DNA of 64,000 bases, taken from NCBI RefSeq assembly GCF_021869535.1, contig NW_026262582.1:69688001-69752000 (forward strand). Direction: 5' to 3'. The stretch is from Mytilus californianus. Taxonomy: Eukaryota. Every line of letters begins with the position of its first letter. Position 1 is the stretch's first letter. This document shows positions 36,202 through 49,763 of this stretch, one piece after another. Below the pieces are notes generated by a model. It made no database searches and was not told the DNA's origin. It was given only the letters and a program-made list of their open reading frames with translations. The translations under genes and the position numbers were made by a program.

Positions 36202-37018
36202 CTAAACCCGTGAACCGTATATTCACAACGCTAATGACTTCTATTTAAAGCCAAAGTCAGCCGGAAATATCTCAAATTTAGTGTTAATAGATATAGGAAG
36301 ATGTGGTATGAGTGCCAATGAGACAACTATCCATCCAAGTAACAATTTATAAAAGTAAACCATTATAGGTCAAGGTACGGCCTTCAACACAGAATTAAGA
36401 ATTATTTGAAAATTATGATGGATTAAACGATTATTGATATAAATGAATCTCTCAAACTAATGTATATCTTGGTAGTGAATAATGGCAAACATAAATATTA
36501 ATAACCTATACCATTACCCCGATAATTCCATATACACATGCGATTTTGTTTATCAATGATAAACCAATCTGATTGATTTTAAACACTCAAGATCATATAA
36601 CTTGCACAGAATAGGCAGTTTTAGGATTCATACGAGGTAAGCATTTTGTTTGATGCCAATGATAAATTAATTTTTATTTAAACGTCCAGTGGGAGATAGT
36701 TCACAGAACAGGTAGGATAATCATGATTGTATTTGTTCATGTTACAAAATCACCGCACGCACACGTAAAAACCTAAAGACAGTACTTTTATTGCGTTTGA
36801 TCACTTATAAGAAAATTGGGATTTTGTGACTCGGAGGGACGAAGCGCTTTTCGAGTTTTGAGGAATTTTTATCTCATATGGTATCCCCGAAAATCGAACC
36901 AGATATAGGTGGAAATGTACTAGCTTCAAAATATACCATTACACATATCCAAGTTTACGATAAGGACAATTGAATTGAAGACCCTGGGGTAATGGGGTCA
37001 GATACTGTCATTTTATAG

Positions 37019-37253
37019 ATGGACATTTTAGTCAATATGCGCAATTCATTTCACTAAGGAAGTTTACCCATAAATAAACTGCCTTCGTAAAATGAATTGC
37101 GCATATTGACTAAACTGTCCATATATAATTTAGTCAATATGCGCAATTCATTTCACGAAGGCAGTTTACCCATAAATAAACTGCCTTCGTGAAATGAATT
37201 TTGCATATTGACTAAATTATATATGGACAATTTGGTCAATATGCGCAATTCAT
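37019..37253. repeat. Array of alternating inverted copies of a ~40-48-bp unit (two tandem hairpins plus a fifth partial arm)
   Basis: Hairpin 1: arms 37019-37066/37075-37122. Hairpin 2: arms 37123-37168/37177-37222. Both have the identical loop CCCATAAA. Confidence 0.95.
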
Positions 37254-37954
37254 CATCCCAAAACATGATTAAACACCAATCAATTAATCAATCAATCGAT
37301 ATATATAAAGTAGAGTTTATTTTGAAGTCTGTTGCGAATCCTTACAATTTAACTCCATTCTCACGTGAAATATGGATACCTTCTAAGTCAAACACATTTT
37401 TTTGGCATGAGTTTTAGTAACCAACTGAAATGGTTTATTTTTTTCATTTCAAATTTGTTTCAGTTTTGATATGGCAAAATGTTGTACCTATTTGCATAGT
37501 TTTCAATACTTATGTTTTCAAAATTATAATACTGTGTTAATGTCTAATTGTTGATATTTCTTGTGTATGAGGTTCTGAATAGGGTTTACAGAATAGAGAA
37601 TAAAGGCCAAACAAACAAAAATCATGAAAAGAGAAAAAATTGCCAAAAAATAAATAAAAACAGAATAGAGATGTTATTGTCAATTAAAGTCTATCTCAAT
37701 CATGCAATGTTGGTATTCTTGACAAACAGAGTTCGACATTTCTCTTTAGTTTAGTAATTTCGATATTCAATAAGATACGTACAGCAGGCATTCGACAAAA
37801 CACTGCAGATTAAAACAATAATGTAGGGTACAGGAATACCCCGAGGTTTGTTGATTAATACTGTGGACTTAAAACCATGTTCAATATTTTTTTCAAGATT
37901 TGATTAATCTCTTTGACAGCATATGCTTTATCAAAAAGCAAATGCAACATATGT

Positions 37955-38237
37955 GAGGGTGTGGATGGGGTTTATAGAATGGAGAAAAATAGGTAAAAAT
38001 GGCAGAATAAAGTGGCAAAAGTTTAGAATTCAAAGAGCAAAAAATAATACAGAATACTGGGCAAAAAACTAAAGAATTGTAGAATAATGGGCAAACGAAA
38101 TGATGAATAGAGAATAGTGAGCAAAATAAATAAAGAATAGAGCATAATGGGCAGAAGAAATATAGAAAACAGAGAAATGAAAAATGATCTAAAGAATTAA
38201 AGAATAAAGAAATAAAGCACCCCTAATCCAGACCCGC
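37955..38237. mobile_element. GAGGG(T)CTGGAT-TIR element with internal AAAGAATAGAGAATAATGGG repeats
   Basis: Termini GAGGGTGTGGATGGGG / TAATCCAGACCCGC. The same family occurs at ~6940-7230, 41045-41330, 53821-54151, 54910-56354, 56520-56745, 60245-60434, 62811-63039 and ~63500-63780. Confidence 0.7.
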
Positions 38238-39442
38238 AATTATATTACAGTGGCAAATAAGACAGAGCTGGTTAAATACGAACATAAATTAATTACAACT
38301 AACCTATGGCCTCACTGTGACTTTCAGATAAAGAATAGCAATAAAAACGCTGTTCCTTTGCTTTTTATGTGTCTTTTGCAGAGCATGCACTGATTTTGTG
38401 TCATGAATGAATACCCCATATCCTTTGTTTTTCTATTATATAGTATTGCTAGTATATCTGTAGGTACAACTGAACTAGTTGTTAACTTATACGTCATGTG
38501 GTCTCTGGTGAAGAGTTGTCTCATTGGCAATCATCTTATTTTTATATATAAATATGTTAGCAAAACCAAAACCGGACTCTTATTTGAAATGATCACGAAA
38601 TAAACAGAATTTCGAAAAGCAACACAATGTAAGGATTGAACTGACATAAGCATACTAGATTCTTAAGGAAACAGATACGGGTAGAAGTTCCAATTTATTA
38701 AATCATGGGACGCAATAGAGGTATTTATTAAAACATAAATTTAAAACTGATCTCTTTAAACAATTGTTATTATGAATATTCATTTTTGTTTAAACAATTC
38801 TTAACCTTTTTTAAAATAATAATGATAATAATTTGGATCATATTGCCCATGTACAAAGCACACAAGTTCCGGGATGCTTTTTAAATTCCATGCTAAGAGT
38901 CAACTCTCGTATTTTGAAGAAGAAATTGAAAGTGTACTCGTTATTTGCATCGATCACAAAACCTCTGTGTAAGTATCGAACTTTTGTTCCTGAATATAAT
39001 TTTTTATATAATATATATTATTATATTATTTATACTATACATGATTTATTCTAATTTCATTTTACCGATATCTGTATTGTATTCTTGTTTGTTTAATTAT
39101 TGTCATCAATCCTACAGGGTAGAAAAGAGCATTTGAAATAAAAATTATTATTCAATCCGGAATGTATGACTAAATTAAACTTCGAAATGATAAGCGACTT
39201 ACCTCAGTTTAAATTTAATATAAATTGGCTGCTTAAAATAAAAAGGGGCTACGAAAGTAGAAATAGATAAAAAATAAATAAAAATACGCATCGTAGCAAC
39301 AGAGGAATATAAATGATTAATCCGGGGGGAGATCCTCCTTCAGTGCCCCCTCCCCCTCCCCACCCCAAAATATCACATGGTCTTCCCGTAACTTTTTCAT
39401 TTTTATCTGCTGATTTCATTTATACATTGGCAAAAATATAAA

Positions 39443-39800
39443 TGAGGTAGTCACCATCTGCCGATTGAGTCCTGAAACGGGCCAGTATTTACCGAGTGAG
39501 TAGCTGGCATCCTGGTCAACCCCGACCCCCCTTTCGCGTCAGTACTCTACTGTCGAGCAGTGAGTCAGGATCGCAGGCTACCCAACGAAGACAGAGTCTG
39601 CCGTCTCTGTATGTGAATCAAACGACATTGACGACGAGTACCATTACAAAAATGAACGGTAGAACAGAAAGAAAGACAGTTTTACCACAGAACTGTTGGT
39701 CAAGCCCTAACAACTATAAATTTGATCAACTGTTTAACTCATCATCAAATATTGTAATACTAGAAAAAAAATATGTAAATTTATCAAAGTTATAAATGTG
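39443..39800 (+). mobile_element. LINE ORF2 3' remnant (CCHC region), interrupted and frameshifted
   Basis: SHHLPIE ... NEDRVCRLC ... NDIDDEYHY ... ERKTVLPQNCWSSPNNYKFDQLFNS, read across frames. Confidence 0.7.
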
Positions 39801-41650
39801 AAAGTCAGGGCTGATATGCATAAAACCAGAGACTTGTATTATATGTCTCTGATAAAACCACTTAAGTTAAGATATCCAATCGTAGTCCTAATTTATCGTA
39901 AGACATGTAGAAAAATCTGTCCGTTCGGAACAAATCTTATCTTAAGTAGTTTTATGCATACGGGCCCAGTCCTGCAAGTTAATTTCTTTGTAATGTTCAC
40001 ACATGCATGTAGTAATTTTACCTGATAGTTATGTTCAGACATTTCTCCATAACCACTGATAACTATGTAACTGTAGTTTTATGAGAAATAAAGTTATTCG
40101 ATGAAAAAAGACAACAAGCTCTTATTACAAAACACCCACACCTTACACAATTAACTAATTTATAATTAATAAAAAATAAATAATCTCAAATTCTGTTTAA
40201 TTAAACCGGGGTGTAATCTATATTGATTACACAGGTGTAATAAATAAAATGACAATATTCAATAATTACTGATCCTAACTGTTAACAGAGGTAACAGTTC
40301 TTGTCATTCGTTTTACACCTATATACTTAATCATTATACTTAGTTTCTACTATCCGTAAAACCTGACACAATCTATTATACGTATGTCATACTTGTAGTT
40401 CACGATGTAAAGATCATAAAATGGTAAGTCTTTTTTTTGCAATTATTATTTATTATTATTTTTGATAATTGTTTTAAAAAATCAATTGTGTACGCTGTAT
40501 CTTTTTAAGCCTACAATTTTTTTGGAAAGTTTTTAAATTTAGTTTTTTTGTAGGTGTTTTGTTTACGTTTTATTTTTGACCGTACGGTGACCTATAGTTG
40601 ATCTAAACTTCTACATCATTTTGTCTCAGTGGCAATCATACCACATCTTCTTATTTTAGGGGCCTCGGTGGCCGAGAGGTCTAAGTAGTTTGATTTTTAA
40701 GGGAAATTCAATCTTTTTATTCATTATAAAACCTTTGACGGTATATATATTGACCTCATTTCAAATTCTTACTGCACAAAAGTAAGTAACCACAAAGGGC
40801 TTAATAATAACAGAGGCGGATTTGGGGAGGGGTGTAGGATGCCCGGCATCCGTTATAAAGCTAAATTGATGGTTAACGTTGACTGTTTACCTGTTCCACT
40901 CCAAATGTTGTCTAGTTTGGGCTCCTCCGCCCCTCCTCCGCTTTTTCAAAATCCTGGATCCGCATCTGAATAATCCGATAACAAACTATTTGTTAACATT
41001 CATTTCTGTTTTATTCCGGTCCTGCATTTATGAATGATATGTATGAGGGTCCTAATGGGGGAAGGGGTTCTTCATTTATGTATTATTATTTTTTCTCTAT
41101 TCTTTGTTTATTTTGCCCATGAATTTGGAGGGGGAGGGGAGATGTTGGGGTTATACAAAAAGTACTAAGCCCATTGTCCTCTATTCGTTATATTTAAACA
41201 CTGACCCATTATTCTCTATTCTGGCCCATTTATCTCGATTCTTATTGTTTAGCCCATGTTTCTTTATTTTTGTTGTGTCCATTTTTTCTAATCTTGACCC
41301 ATTATTCTCTATTCCGTAAACCTCACAAAAGCCTGTACAACTATACCAAGGTCATTGTTCTTTGACCCATTTGTCCCCTAACTGGTAATCAAGTCATGCA
41401 ATTATGTAATGAAATCAATAAGTAACCCCTGTGTATCAGGATGTCATATATGAAAGTACGTTTGCTCCTTATCATAGATAAGTTATGTACATGCACATGT
41501 AAGATATTTTATCAAATATCATGCATGGATGGATGAATCTTTAACGTGCAGTGGCTAATATTATATGTATATTCGGGATAACATTTTAATTCTTACTAAA
41601 GGAATACATATGGACCCTGCTTTGCTTACAACCATTTGAATTTTTATGAT

Positions 41651-42980
41651 GAATGGAAAGAAATGGCGTGTCCCGATCTAAAGGTTAGACACAGGGTACT
41701 CTCTAGGAGAAGAAATGGCGTGTCCCGATCTAAAGGTTAGGCACAGGGTACTCTCAAGGGGAATGGAAAGAAATTGCGTGTCCGATCTAAAGGTTAGACA
41801 CAGGGTACTCTCTAGGAGAAAGGAAATAAATGGCTTGTCCCGATCTAAAGGTTAGGTTAGACACAGGGTACTCTCTAGGAGAATGGAAAGAAATGGCGTG
41901 TCCCAATCTAAAGGTTAGACACAGGGTACTCTCTAGGAGAATGGAAAGAAATGGCGTGTCCCGATCTAAAGGTTAGACACAGGGCACTCTCTAGGAGAAT
42001 GGAAAGAAATGGCGTGTCCCGATCTAAAGGTTAGACACAGGGTACTCTCTAGGAGAATGGAAAGAAATGGCGTGTCCCGATCTAAAGGTTAGGCACAGGG
42101 TACTCTCAAGGAGAATGGAAAGAAATTGCGTGTCCGATCTAAAGGTTAGACACAGGGTACACTCTAGGAGAATGGAAATAAATGGCTTGTCCCGATCTAA
42201 AGGTTAGACACAGGGTACTCTATAGGAGAATGGAAAGAAATGGCGTGTCCCAATCTAAAGGTTAGACACAGGGTACTCTCTATAGGAGAATGGAAAGAAA
42301 TGGCGTGTCCCGATCTAAAGGTTAGACACAGGGCACTCTCTAGGAGAATGGAAAGAAATGGCGTGTCCCGATCTAAAGGTTAGACACAGGGTACTCTCTA
42401 GGAGAATGGAAAGAAATGGCGTGTCCCGATCTAAAGGTTAGGCACAGGGTACTCTCAAGGAGAATGGAAAGAAATTGCGTGTCCGATCTAAAGGTTAGAC
42501 ACAGGGTACTCTCTAGGAGAATGGAAATAAATGGCTTGTCCCGATCTTAAGGTTAGACACAGGGAACTCTATAGGAGAGTTGAAATAAATGGCGTGTCCC
42601 GATCTAAAGGTTACACACAGGGTACTCTCAAGGAGAATGGAAAGATATGGCGTGTCCAGATCTAAAGGCTAGACACAGGGTACTCTCTAGGAGAATGGAA
42701 AGAAATGGCGTGTCCCGATCTAAAAGTTAGACACAGGGTACTCTCTATGAGAATGGAAAGAAATGGCGTGTCCCGATATTAAGGTTAGACACAGGGTACT
42801 CTAAAGGAGAATGGAAAGAAATAGTGTATCCGATCTAAAGGTTAGACACAGGGTACTCTCTAGGAGAATGGAAAGAAATGGCGTGTCCGATCTAAAGGTT
42901 AGACACAGGGTACTCTCAAGGAGAATGGAAAGAAATGGCGTGTTCGATCTAAAGGTTAGACACAGGGCACTCTCTAGGAG
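41651..42980. repeat. 58-bp satellite array (~23 monomers) with a 6-monomer higher-order repeat
   Basis: Unit GAATGGAAAGAAATGGCGTGTCCCGATCTAAAGGTTAGACACAGGGTACTCTCTAGGA. Diagnostic variants recur at 352- and 349-bp spacing. Confidence 0.97.
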
Positions 42981-45900
42981 TTTGTCCGCTAGGTGGCGTG
43001 AGAGCCGTGACAGTTATTTCGTTGTGAATTTCTTTTAGAAAATACAGCCTTGCTCTATCTCTAAAAGATTTCTACAGTGTAGTGTACTACTTTTAGGACT
43101 AATTATATCAAAATAATAGAAAAAGTCTACCAGTTCTTACTCAAAATATGGACAATTTTATGTTAAGGGGGTCTATAATTCAGTTTGAAAGCTTTAGACA
43201 TACTAATTTTTGACATAAAAATTCATCACTCAATTTTTTTTAACATGTTATTTAACCCCTACTTACTATTGATGCATAAAACATAAAGAAATAATTTGAA
43301 ATGTGAAAAAAAAATTGTAAGTGATACACGGTCCACACTAGACAACGAAAATCAAAGGCTGATAACTGTGTTCCCGGACCAGGTTGAAATGATATCCCCA
43401 TTCGGCATAGTTCGGCAAAACTAACAATTTAACTTTTTATGCACTAACCCGAATAACCCAGTCGTTATATTCCGATCACTCTTTTGGAAGCGAAGAGGAT
43501 CGGAGACATTAAGGGCTTGAATTGTTCGAGTTATTTATGCACGGGAAAACGTAATTTGCCGAGGTTAACAGATCTATCGGTGACATCCGATGAAAGTCGA
43601 GCCTTCTTCCTGGTTCGAGAACTTCTGTGTACGACGTATACTGAGTTCAAAGATTATCCTTTATGACTATATATATATCATGTATATATATATATATATA
43701 TATATCAATCCAAATCATGACAATTGTTTATTTATTTATTAAGTATTTGTCTCAAAATAAATCGATTCCGATACGATAGCAAAACTTGTGTGACGTCATA
43801 AATTATTGTCATGATTTCATGATGGCAGATTTGTTAATTACGTACACAAACTAGTTGGTTTCCCGTTATTATTGAAAAATAAAATATAAAACGCATGACG
43901 TGAGAAAAAACAATAATCATATCTACTAATTAAGGCTTTGTCCTTTTCACAGTTTCACAGTTAACACCATTATATTTTGAGTATAATTTGAGACCGGTGA
44001 TACCTGCTAAGCTCCGAAAGCTTATGGATTTTGTATGTTTATATTTAGTGCAAATTCATCGTAAAACTTTTCGGAAATCTGATATAAATAAATTTACAAA
44101 AAATCGTATCTATGTTCCGTTTTGGTGTAATAAGATACAAATTACAGAATATCGTATGCTCCTTTGTGAAATTTTACAAAGAAAAAAAAAACCTGCGCCA
44201 AAATATTCTTGATTTTTTTTCAGGGTCATATTATATATATAGACCCAAATCGACCGTTCTACCATTTATACCCATTTATGAAAATAAATCACAATTTTGA
44301 ATCATAAATGACCACACATCATAATTGGTGCAGATTTTAACTCAAATTAGCCAGTTGTGAAGTAAAACTGTTATTAATTTGTCAGACTTTCCATTTAAAT
44401 GACACAACTAATGAAAGCTGGTAGGAGGGAGGAAGATTATAATAAAATAAAAAACTTTGCCCAAGACAGGATGAAAATGAATATTCTGCGGCACAAAATG
44501 ATGGAAACAATTTTCACACAAGTGAAAAATGGGCAAGTCGGAAAAAAAATCCTCCTAGTCCCCACCTTCACCCCAATATCAATTGATCGTCCCCTGTTAT
44601 GAAGTAAATTCTACCAAAAAAATAGTCGTTAAACACATATATATTGGTGAATCGAACCAAACCATGTCTAAAGTATCATTATTTTGCCTTGCTCAACACT
44701 GTCACAAGCCTAAAGGTACCAGTGACGAGGGACAGAATCTGAACATTTTTACGTATTTGATTCAAACTGGCACACACTACTGTAAACAGGGAAAATTTCG
44801 CGGCATTTTTATTTTCGCTATTTTCGCGGTAAGAGTTGAAACGCGAAAATAAAACGACCGCGAATATTCCAAGGAAATCCGAACACGACCATGAAGACCA
44901 TACATGAACGTATGTCATTAGGATATGTAGATGGCTAATTTAAAACATCGGTTTTACAGACGACAGATCTATACCGCAAAATATAACTTTATTTCTGAAG
45001 GAAAGTCAGTGTTAGATATCAAAACTTTATCTCATGATAGTCCTAATTAATCCAAGTGGACATTACGGATATTGCTAAATAAACAACTATCGTTACAGTT
45101 ATGTAAATGACACCTGTCAATCAGTTTTAAAATGATTACCCATTGTATCTGTTGCACAGATCAATCAGATTAAAATATTAACTAATAAACAGTAATTCTG
45201 TCATATCGATCATGTTGTTATTCTATAAGAATAAAGTTTTTTTGTTTTTTTGTTTTTTTTATTTTATGAATAAAAAATGTGTTTTGTGTACTTATTGTGC
45301 TGTTGTTTATTACATCAACTAATGTACTTATGCAGATTAAATAATTATAATACAACATGATAATAAAGAAATATATGTTACTATGGATTTAGCAATTATT
45401 GTCAATTGTTAAGATAATTTAATAAAAAAAAGTGTCTTTGACACGTAGATGCGAAGTCCATTATCGGATTAGTAGAAACATACATCTTAAACATAAGGTA
45501 ATTATATGGGAAAAATTGAGCTATTATAGATGACAGTTAAAAGATATAATTAGAAAAGTTCGAAAGATGATAGTCCAAATAATTGACATGCTTTTCGTGC
45601 GGTTATAATAGCAGCAACCCGTATATCTTCTCACCTATTACAAAGTGGTTTTTTCAAATCTTATTGTTAATCCGAGTGCCTGTAAGACAGTATTGCTCTT
45701 TGGAATAATAAAACAAAAAAAAAAGTATCAACTTAAGGTAGGCCAAGGAAAACTAAACAAGACTTAACATATATAAAATATAAATCCGAAACTAAAAGCA
45801 GAAGTTTACCGTCGTTACTTTCGTAGAAGATAACGAATTTCATGTAAATATATCATGCATTTTTGGACAAGAACATTTTAATGTGATAACAATATGAACC

Positions 45901-47005
45901 CTGCTTTGTACTAGAAAAGCACGTTGAGGCTTGCCAAGAAATCCTAAGATTTTCTGTTTTTTTATTGATCACGTGGTAAATTATAAAAAGATATTCAACA
46001 AACTACATTTGATTAATTAAAAACGTACAAGCAGATACTTATTTTCATTTAATGATCAAAAATAATTCGCTTTTGATGGCAGCTTAATTTCATCTTATTT
46101 ATAATGATTAAAGATTTATTTTAGTACTTTTAATTAACTACGGAGATTACTGTATATGCAACTATTGCTTAGTCAAAGTCACTTCCTAATCAAGAAAAAA
46201 CTAAACAAGACTTAACATATTAATAAATCTGAAACTAAAAGCAGAAGATTACCGTTATTACATTCATAGAAGATAACGATTTTCACGTCAAGTGCATGGC
46301 ACATACATCATGCATATATCAGAACGGGAATATGTTAATGTGAATTTAATATGAACCTTGTTTTGTGCTATATATAAAATTGAGAATGGAAATGGGAAAT
46401 GTGTCAAAGAGACAACAACCAGACCATAGAGCAGACAACAGCCGAAGGCCACCAATGGGTCTTCAATGCAGCGAGAAACTCCCGCACCCGGAGGCGTCCT
46501 TCAGCTGGCCCCTAAACAAATATGTACACTAGTTCAGTGATAATGGACGCCATACTAAACTCCAAATTATACACAAGAAACTAAAATTAAAAATGATACA
46601 AGACTAACAAAGGCCAGAGGCTCCAGACTTGGGACAGGCGCAAAAATGCGGCGGGGTTAAACATGTTTTTTGAGATCTCAAACCTCCTCCTATACCTCTA
46701 GCCAATGTAGAAAAAACAAACGCACAACAGTACGCACAGTAAAACTCAGTTCAAGAGAAGTCCGAGTCTTTATTACCAAAGTCTATATAAACTATAGGTG
46801 CACATTTGAATTACATCTACATCAATATTATATAAAACACAAACTATGTGACAGAATAGCAGAAAGAAAAAATACTAGAAAGATACACTGAGGCGGAAAT
46901 TTTAACATGTTAGTTGATACGGTAACACTCTACAGAAATACATGTCACCTACCAGAATACATTATTCTGACTCTGAGGCGAACAGTCTTTCTCTTACTCC
47001 TTTAA

Positions 47006-47278
47006 GGTGGTACCCAACACCTTGACTAAAATTAATTTGGCTCGTTTAATTTTCATAAAATTTTGACATAATGTTTACTTTGACCCTTTGACAAAAATAT
47101 AAAAATTTCAAAGAATTTGAACCAACCACTTTATCAGAAAAATTTCGTTGGTTATATAGCAGTTTGACAAACACTAATTTTGATCATTGAGAAGCGTAAT
47201 ATTTCCTTAACAAAACAACGTGATTAAAACGTTCAGCTGATTTTACAGAGTTATCTCCCTGTAGTGTTAGGTACCACC
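47006..47278. mobile_element. Kolobok-type MITE (273 bp)
   Basis: TTAA TSD on both sides; TIR GGTGGTACC(C/T)AACAC; 5'-GG (RR) termini. Confidence 0.8.
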
Positions 47279-47479
47279 TTAAGCCACTTTAAAAGAGGAG
47301 GTAGATTGATTGTTTGTGTCTAAAGCACTTTTAGCTTTATTGGCTATATCATGATAAATGTTTGCTGGTTTTGAAAGCCGGAGTGCTCGGAGAGAACCAC
47401 TGACCTTCGTCAGGAATACCGACGATTTGAGTCAAACGCACCTGCGACGTTCGAACCTTCCGAATTTGACTTATTACCG

Positions 47480-47727
47480 GGTTTGTACTAACATGAGCAA
47501 CTCGACGGGTGCCACAAGTGGAACAGGATCTGCGTACTCTTCCTGAGCACCTGAGATCACCGCCAGTTTTTGGTGGGGTTCGTGTTGCTCAGTCTTTAGT
47601 TTTCTATGTTGTGTTTTGTGTACTACTGTTTGTCTGTTGGTCTTTTTCTTTTTTAGCCATGGGGTTGTCAGTTTATTTTCGACTTATCAGTTTGAATGTC
47701 CCTCTGGTATCTCTCGCCTCTCTTTTT
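47480..47727 (+). mobile_element. Dispersed repeat family D (GAGCACCTGAGATCACC...GGTGGGGTTCGTGTTGC...CCCTCTGGTATCT)
   Basis: A degenerate copy lies at ~170-335. Resembles the 3' tail of a non-LTR/Penelope-like retroelement; class tentative. Confidence 0.6.
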
Positions 47728-48124
47728 CAATCTCAATATCGACAGGCTAGCGCTACAGTAGATGACCGATACCCCTTCTTAGTGAAGAAGCAGCAAACAT
47801 CAAGTTTCAAGTCTTTGGTTTGATGGTTTGAAGACATACCCTCCCGCACAGGAAGCAACGTGACATTTAGGGGGAGGGGGTGTTATTGTGAAAATACAGA
47901 AGTGATAGCAATCATCCACTTGCAAGTCATAGCACAGAAAATAGCTGTTCTTATGTTTTTGATATTTAACAGAACAGTGTAAAAGCTGTTCCATTAGTTA
48001 AAATATCCACTCCATTACACCCCCTCCAAACCAAAACTACATTTCGAAAATTAAAATCACCTGGCAAAATCATAGACACTTTCAATTTTGATAAATCTAA
48101 AAATGAGAGTAACTCTTACATGTC

Positions 48125-48472
48125 TAAAGTATAAGTAGTGTATCACAAGCCTGTCAACGCTGAGGTTGTGAGTTCGAATCCCGCACATAGCAGGTGCGCT
48201 CGACTCTAATCTTAATTGACTCTAAGGATTGACAGTTTTCCTACCTATGGTTGATGGTTCTCTCTGGGTACTGCGGCTTCCTCCACAAATAAAAACTGAC
48301 CGCCACGAAAAAACACAATAGTCTCTCCTCCTGGTTAATGTATATCAATATTTCACACATGCACTGTATATTATATTATATTGTTGTATATACTTTTTGT
48401 CTCTATAACTATGTCATTAGTTGATGAGAATAAAATTCATTCATTCATTCGCTGAAAGTAGCGTTAAACATC

Positions 48473-48524
<52 letters not shown>

Positions 48525-48525
48525 A
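48125..48525 (+). mobile_element. tRNA-derived V-SINE-like element with (AATC)n tail
   Basis: B-box GAGTTCGAATCC; V-domain-like GGTTCTCTCTGGGTACTGCGGCTTCCTCCAC; tail GCGTTAAACATCAACAATCAATC.. with ~12 AATC units. A reverse fragment lies at ~47305-47458. Confidence 0.8.
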
Positions 48526-48783
48526 TGAATCAATCTAAAGCATAAGATACAAGTTCTTTTTACGTCAATTCTCAAATGAAAATTAGTCAGTTAATTCTTA
48601 ATTTTGCCTTAATAATTGCAAAACATATAAAATTGTGCATAAAATCCAAAATGGCGGGTCCAATATATACTCTGTTTCACAGCTTCCATCTTCTTTCATT
48701 TAAGTTTTATTTGTTTATTTCTATTTTCCAGAAACCAAACTGCACTGGAACTCTAAGAAAACAAATTCATCTATTCAGAAATA

Positions 48784-49431
48784 ATGAATGCGAACTCGAC
48801 AGAAACAGGAATAGATTTTTATAAAAGAGTTGCTGCGCAGACTCCAGCCTGGTTTCATTACATAACTGGTATCATATTACTTATAACAAACATAGGATCT
48901 GTAATAACGAATGGATCCGTCCTGATTGTACTGTTCGTAAAAAGCCGAAAGTTGCTGATCCGAACAAACCAATATATCGCGGTCATATGCTTCAAGTCGT
49001 TCATAATGTCAGTTTTTGGTGTTCCAATGGTGGTCGTGTCGTGCTTCAATAAAGTGTGGTTTTTCGGTGAAGCCGGATGCAAGTACTACGCTTTCCTGAT
49101 GTCATATGGAGGATTAGCTAATATGTTACTTTTATGTTTGATTTCTGTCGAAAGATACATTTATGTGGTAAGACATGGACTTTCACAACATTCATCTTCG
49201 ACGTTTAGTATTGTTGCCATTACTGTATCCTGTGCTATTGCTTTGGGTTTTGCCGTAGGTCCACTCGCCGGATGGAACCAGTACACTTACGAAGGCGTTG
49301 GAACGTCATGCGCAATGGACCTTATCGGAGAAGAAAACAATGGTCAATCGTTTGTGATTACATTGCTAGTTTTCTTTTTCGTCTTGCCTGTTATAGTAAT
49401 GACATTTAACTACGGATCAGTTTATGCTAAG
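48784..49431 (+). CDS. Opsin (xenopsin-like, subfamily tentative), coding exon 1: TM1-TM5 (216 aa)
   Basis: N1.50 (TNG), WFFGEAGC (C110), ERY, GWNQYTYEGVGTSC (E181, C187), LPVIVM..YGSVYAK. Donor AAG|GTAAGT at 49432 (phase 0); upstream acceptor TTTCCAG ends at 48731. Confidence 0.92.
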
Positions 49432-49660
49432 GTAAGTTTAAAAAAAATAGCAGAAGTGTTCTGACTTCGATTTTAAAAATCTTTGCCCGATATTTTATAA
49501 TTAGATCTCCTTCTCAACTTCGCGGCAAATAGTAAATAAGCGAAAGGAGCCTTATTTGGTTTAATTTTTTACTGAAATTTGAACTTTCAATTTATATATG
49601 TTTTAAAGTTGAAATGTGACAAAATTTAAAACAAAGAGTTTTTTTTTACCCATGACGTTA

Positions 49661-49763
49661 TATAGATACAATGGATAAGCGTGGATTCTTGAAAAAGAAA
49701 CCATGAGCCCGGAGGGCGAATGGTTTGTTTTTCATGAATCTACGCTAATCCATTGTATCTATA
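49661..49763. repeat. Fold-back hairpin, 44-bp arms (4 mismatches), GC-rich 15-nt apex
   Basis: 49661-49704 vs the reverse complement of 49720-49763; apex GAGCCCGGAGGGCGA. Confidence 0.93.

Noticed and set aside
41651-42980. CRISPR-like appearance of regular repeats (also the 31-bp repeat/15-nt spacer at 57681)
   Set aside because: Units are contiguous with no unique spacers, there are no cas genes, and the context is eukaryotic.
42811-43038. Repetitive-peptide ORFs in satellites (also 56057-56315)
   Set aside because: They are by-products of 57-bp and 42-bp monomers being multiples of three; neighbouring units break the frame.
43484-43666. CpG-richer 60-aa ORF
   Set aside because: No motif or splice support; it adjoins a repeat-end motif shared with ~63040, so it is probably TE interior.
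45735-46370. ~180-bp diverged direct duplication (45735-45910 / 46190-46370); similar small duplications at 3250-3900 and 4110-4195
   Set aside because: Ordinary local duplications with no coding or structural signal.
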